From NCBI GenBank assembly GCA_964016885.1, contig OZ024742.1:292640001-292704000 (forward strand): 64,000 nt of DNA, read 5' to 3'. This stretch comes from Eledone cirrhosa. Lineage: Eukaryota. Positions 61,301 to 64,000 of this stretch are shown in pieces. The position numbers and the translations under genes are program-made. Numbering within the stretch: position 1 is the first letter of the stretch; the number at the start of each line of letters is the position of its first letter. Under the pieces are notes generated by a model. The model saw nothing but the letters and a program-made list of their open reading frames with translations. It ran no database searches and was not told the DNA's origin.

Positions 61301-64000
61301 CTTAATAGATATATCTAGTCATAAACACAACTATACTGAGTCAAGGTGATAGCTTAATAGATATATCTGCTCATAAACACAACTATATTACTGAGTCAAG
61401 GTGATAGCTTAATAGATATATCTAGTCATAAACACAACTATATTACTGAGTCAAGGTGATAGCTTAATAGATATATCTAGTCATAAACACAACTATATTA
61501 CTGAGTCAAGGTGATAGCTTAATAGATATATCTAGTCATAAACACAACTATATTACTGAGTCAAGGTGATAGCTTAATAGATATATCTGGTCATAAACAC
61601 AACTATACTGAGTCAAGGTGATAGCTTAATAGATATATCTGGTTATAAACACAACTATATTACTGAGTCAAGGTGATAGCTTAATAGATATATCTAGTCA
61701 GAAACACAACTATATTACTGAGTCAAGGTGATAGCTTAATAGATATATCTAGTCATAAACACAACTATATTACTGAGTCAAGGTGATAGCTTAATAGATA
61801 TATCTGGTCATAAACACAACTATACTGAGTCAAGGTGATAGCTTAATAGATATATCTGGTTATAAACACAACTATACTGAGTCAAGGTGATAGCTTAATA
61901 GATATATCTAGTCATAAACACAACTATATTACTGAGTCAAGGTGATAGCTTAATAGATATATCTAGTCATAAACACAACTATATTACAGAGTCAAGGTGA
62001 TAGCTTAATAGATATATCTAGTCATAAACACAACTATATTACTGAGTCAAGGTGATAGCTTAATAGATATATCTAGTCATGAACACAACTATATTACTGA
62101 GTCAAGGTGATACCTTAATAGATATATCTAGTCATAAACACATCTATATTACTGAGTCAAGGTGATAGCTTAATAGATATATCTGGTCATAAACACAACT
62201 ATACTTAGTCAAGGTGATAGCTTAATAGATATATCTGGTCATAAACACAACTATACTGAGTCAAGGTGATAGCTTAATAGATATATCTAGTCATAAACAC
62301 AACTATATTACTGAGTCAAGGTGATAGCTTAATAGATATATCTAGTCATAAACACAACTATATTACTGAGTCAAGGTGATAGCTTAATAGATATATCTAG
62401 TCATAAACACAACTATATTACTGAGTCAAGGTGATAGCTTAATAGATATATCTGGTCATAAACACAACTATACTGAGTCAAGGTGATAGCTTAATAGACA
62501 TATCTGGTGATAAACACAACTATACCGAGTTAAGGTGATAGCTTAATAGATATATCTGGTCATAAACACAACTATACTGAGTCAAGGTGATAGCTTAATA
62601 GATATATCTAGTCATAAACACAACTATACTGAGTCAAGGTGATAGCTTAATAGATATATCTAGTCATAAACACAACTATATAACTGAGTCAAGGTGATAG
62701 CTTAATAGATATATCTAGTCATAAACACAACTATATTACTGAGTCAAGGTGATAGCTTAATAGATATATCTGGTTATAAACACAACTATACTGTGTCAAG
62801 GTGATAGCTTAATAGATATAGCTAGTCATAAACACAACTATATTACTGAGTCAAGGTGATAGCTTAATAGATATATGTAGTCATAAACACAACTATATTA
62901 CTGAGTCAAGGTGATAGCTTAATAGATATATCTAGTCATAAACACAACTATACTGAGTCAAGGTGATAGCTTAATAGATATATCTGGTCATAAACACAAC
63001 TATATTACTGAGTCAAGGTGATAGCTTAATAGATATATCTAGTCATAAACACAACTATATTACTGAGTCAAGGTGATAGCTTAATAGATATATCTAGTCA
63101 TAAACACAACTATATTACTGAGTCAAGGTGATAGCTTAATAGATATATCTAGTCATAAGCACAACTATATTACAGAGTCAAGGTGATAGCTTAATAGATA
63201 TATCTAGTCATAAACACAACTATATTACTGAGTCAAGGTGATAGCTTAATAGATATATCTAGTTATAAACACAACTATATTACTGAGTCAAGGTGATACC
63301 TTCATAGATATATCTAGTCATAAACACAACTATATTACTGAGTCAAGGTGATAGCTTAATAGATATATCTGGTCATAAACACAACTATACTTAGTCAAGG
63401 TGATAGCTTAATAGATATATCTGGTCATAAACACAACTATACTGAGTCAAGGTGATAGCTTAATAGATATATCTAGTCATAAACACAACTATACTGAGTC
63501 AAGGTGATAGCTTAATAGATATATCTGGTCATAAACACAACTATATTACTGAGTCAAGGTGATAGCTTAATAGATATATCTAGTCATAAACACAACTATA
63601 TTACTGAGTCAAGGTGATAGCTTAATAGATATATCTAGTCATAAACACAACTATATTACTGAGTCAAGGTGATAGCTTAATAGATATATCTAGTCATAAA
63701 CACAACTATACTGAGTCAAGGTGATAGCTTAATAGATATATCTGGTTATAAACACAACTATACTGAGTCAAGGTGATAGCTTAATAGATATATCTAGTCA
63801 TAAACACAACTATATTACTGAGTCAAGGTGATAGCTTAATAGATATATCTAGTCATAAACACAACTATATTACAGAGTCAAGGTGATAGCTTAATAGATA
63901 TATCTAGTCATAAACACAACTATATTACTGAGTCAAGGTGATAGCTTAATAGATATATCTAGTCATAAACACAACTATATTACTGAGTCAAGGTGATACC
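52390..64000 (+). repeat. Tandem duplication with a 6184-bp period (~115 monomers); second copy truncated by the window end
   Basis: Rare markers at +6184: TTAAAAAATAT 53401/59585; TATGACTG 53594/59778; AACGCAAC 53694/59878; CAAGTTGA 53820/60004; TATCCAGT 54597/60781; ATAAGCAC 56975/63159; CCTTCATAG 57119/63303. Confidence 0.94.

Larger units (their letters stand above)
1..64000 (+). repeat. Tandem satellite DNA array of 52/55-bp monomers (~1,200 copies, single orientation, extends beyond both window ends)
   Basis: Monomer 1 spans 1-55 (55 bp) and monomer 2 spans 56-107 (52 bp). The same unit repeats to position 64000 with mostly 0-3 substitutions per copy. The common polymorphisms are TCTAGTC/TCTGGTC and CTATACTGA/CTATATTACTGA/CTATATAACTGA. 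Consensus GC is 16/55. Confidence 0.99.

Noticed and set aside
1-64000. CRISPR array (regular repeats containing a palindrome)
   Set aside because: There are no unique spacers: the entire period is repeated, and no cas genes or leader are present.
1-64000. Variant cassette system (diversity-generating, antigenic-variation or recombination-site array such as attC or iterons)
   Set aside because: No recombinase, RT, rep gene or cargo lies between the repeats. The variation is sparse point mutation propagated by block duplication.
1-64000. Pure sequencing artefact or rolling-circle concatemer
   Set aside because: Variants are ordered hierarchically and shared at many different offsets with private differences, as expected of an evolved array. 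Individual duplications could still be misassembled.
1-64000. Telomeric repeat or tandem tRNA/5S/snRNA gene array
   Set aside because: There is no short G-rich telomere unit, and the 52/55-bp AT-rich monomer has no cloverleaf, A/B box or recognisable RNA gene similarity.

Overview
The whole 64 kb window is one uninterrupted, head-to-tail, AT-rich (~29% GC) tandem satellite array. It holds roughly 1,200 monomers of two lengths: 55 bp (GTCAAGGTGATAGCTTAATAGATATATCTAGTCATAAACACAACTATATTACTGA) and 52 bp (the same without 3 nt in the TATATTAC tract). I saw no genes, RNA genes, transposon insertions, inversions or CRISPR spacers. The array runs off both ends of the window. It is most consistent with eukaryotic heterochromatic, centromeric or subtelomeric satellite DNA, but the organism and function cannot be determined from the sequence. 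The informative structure lies in the rare variants. They reveal a loose higher-order repeat (19-32 monomers), nested tandem and dispersed duplications (offsets of 1024, 1287, 1547, 2348, 4268, 6184, 7480, 11374/11395 and 23917 bp, read by hand from marker variants), two amplified deletion alleles and three variant-defined domains. I found no support for a novel protein-coding or defence system here.
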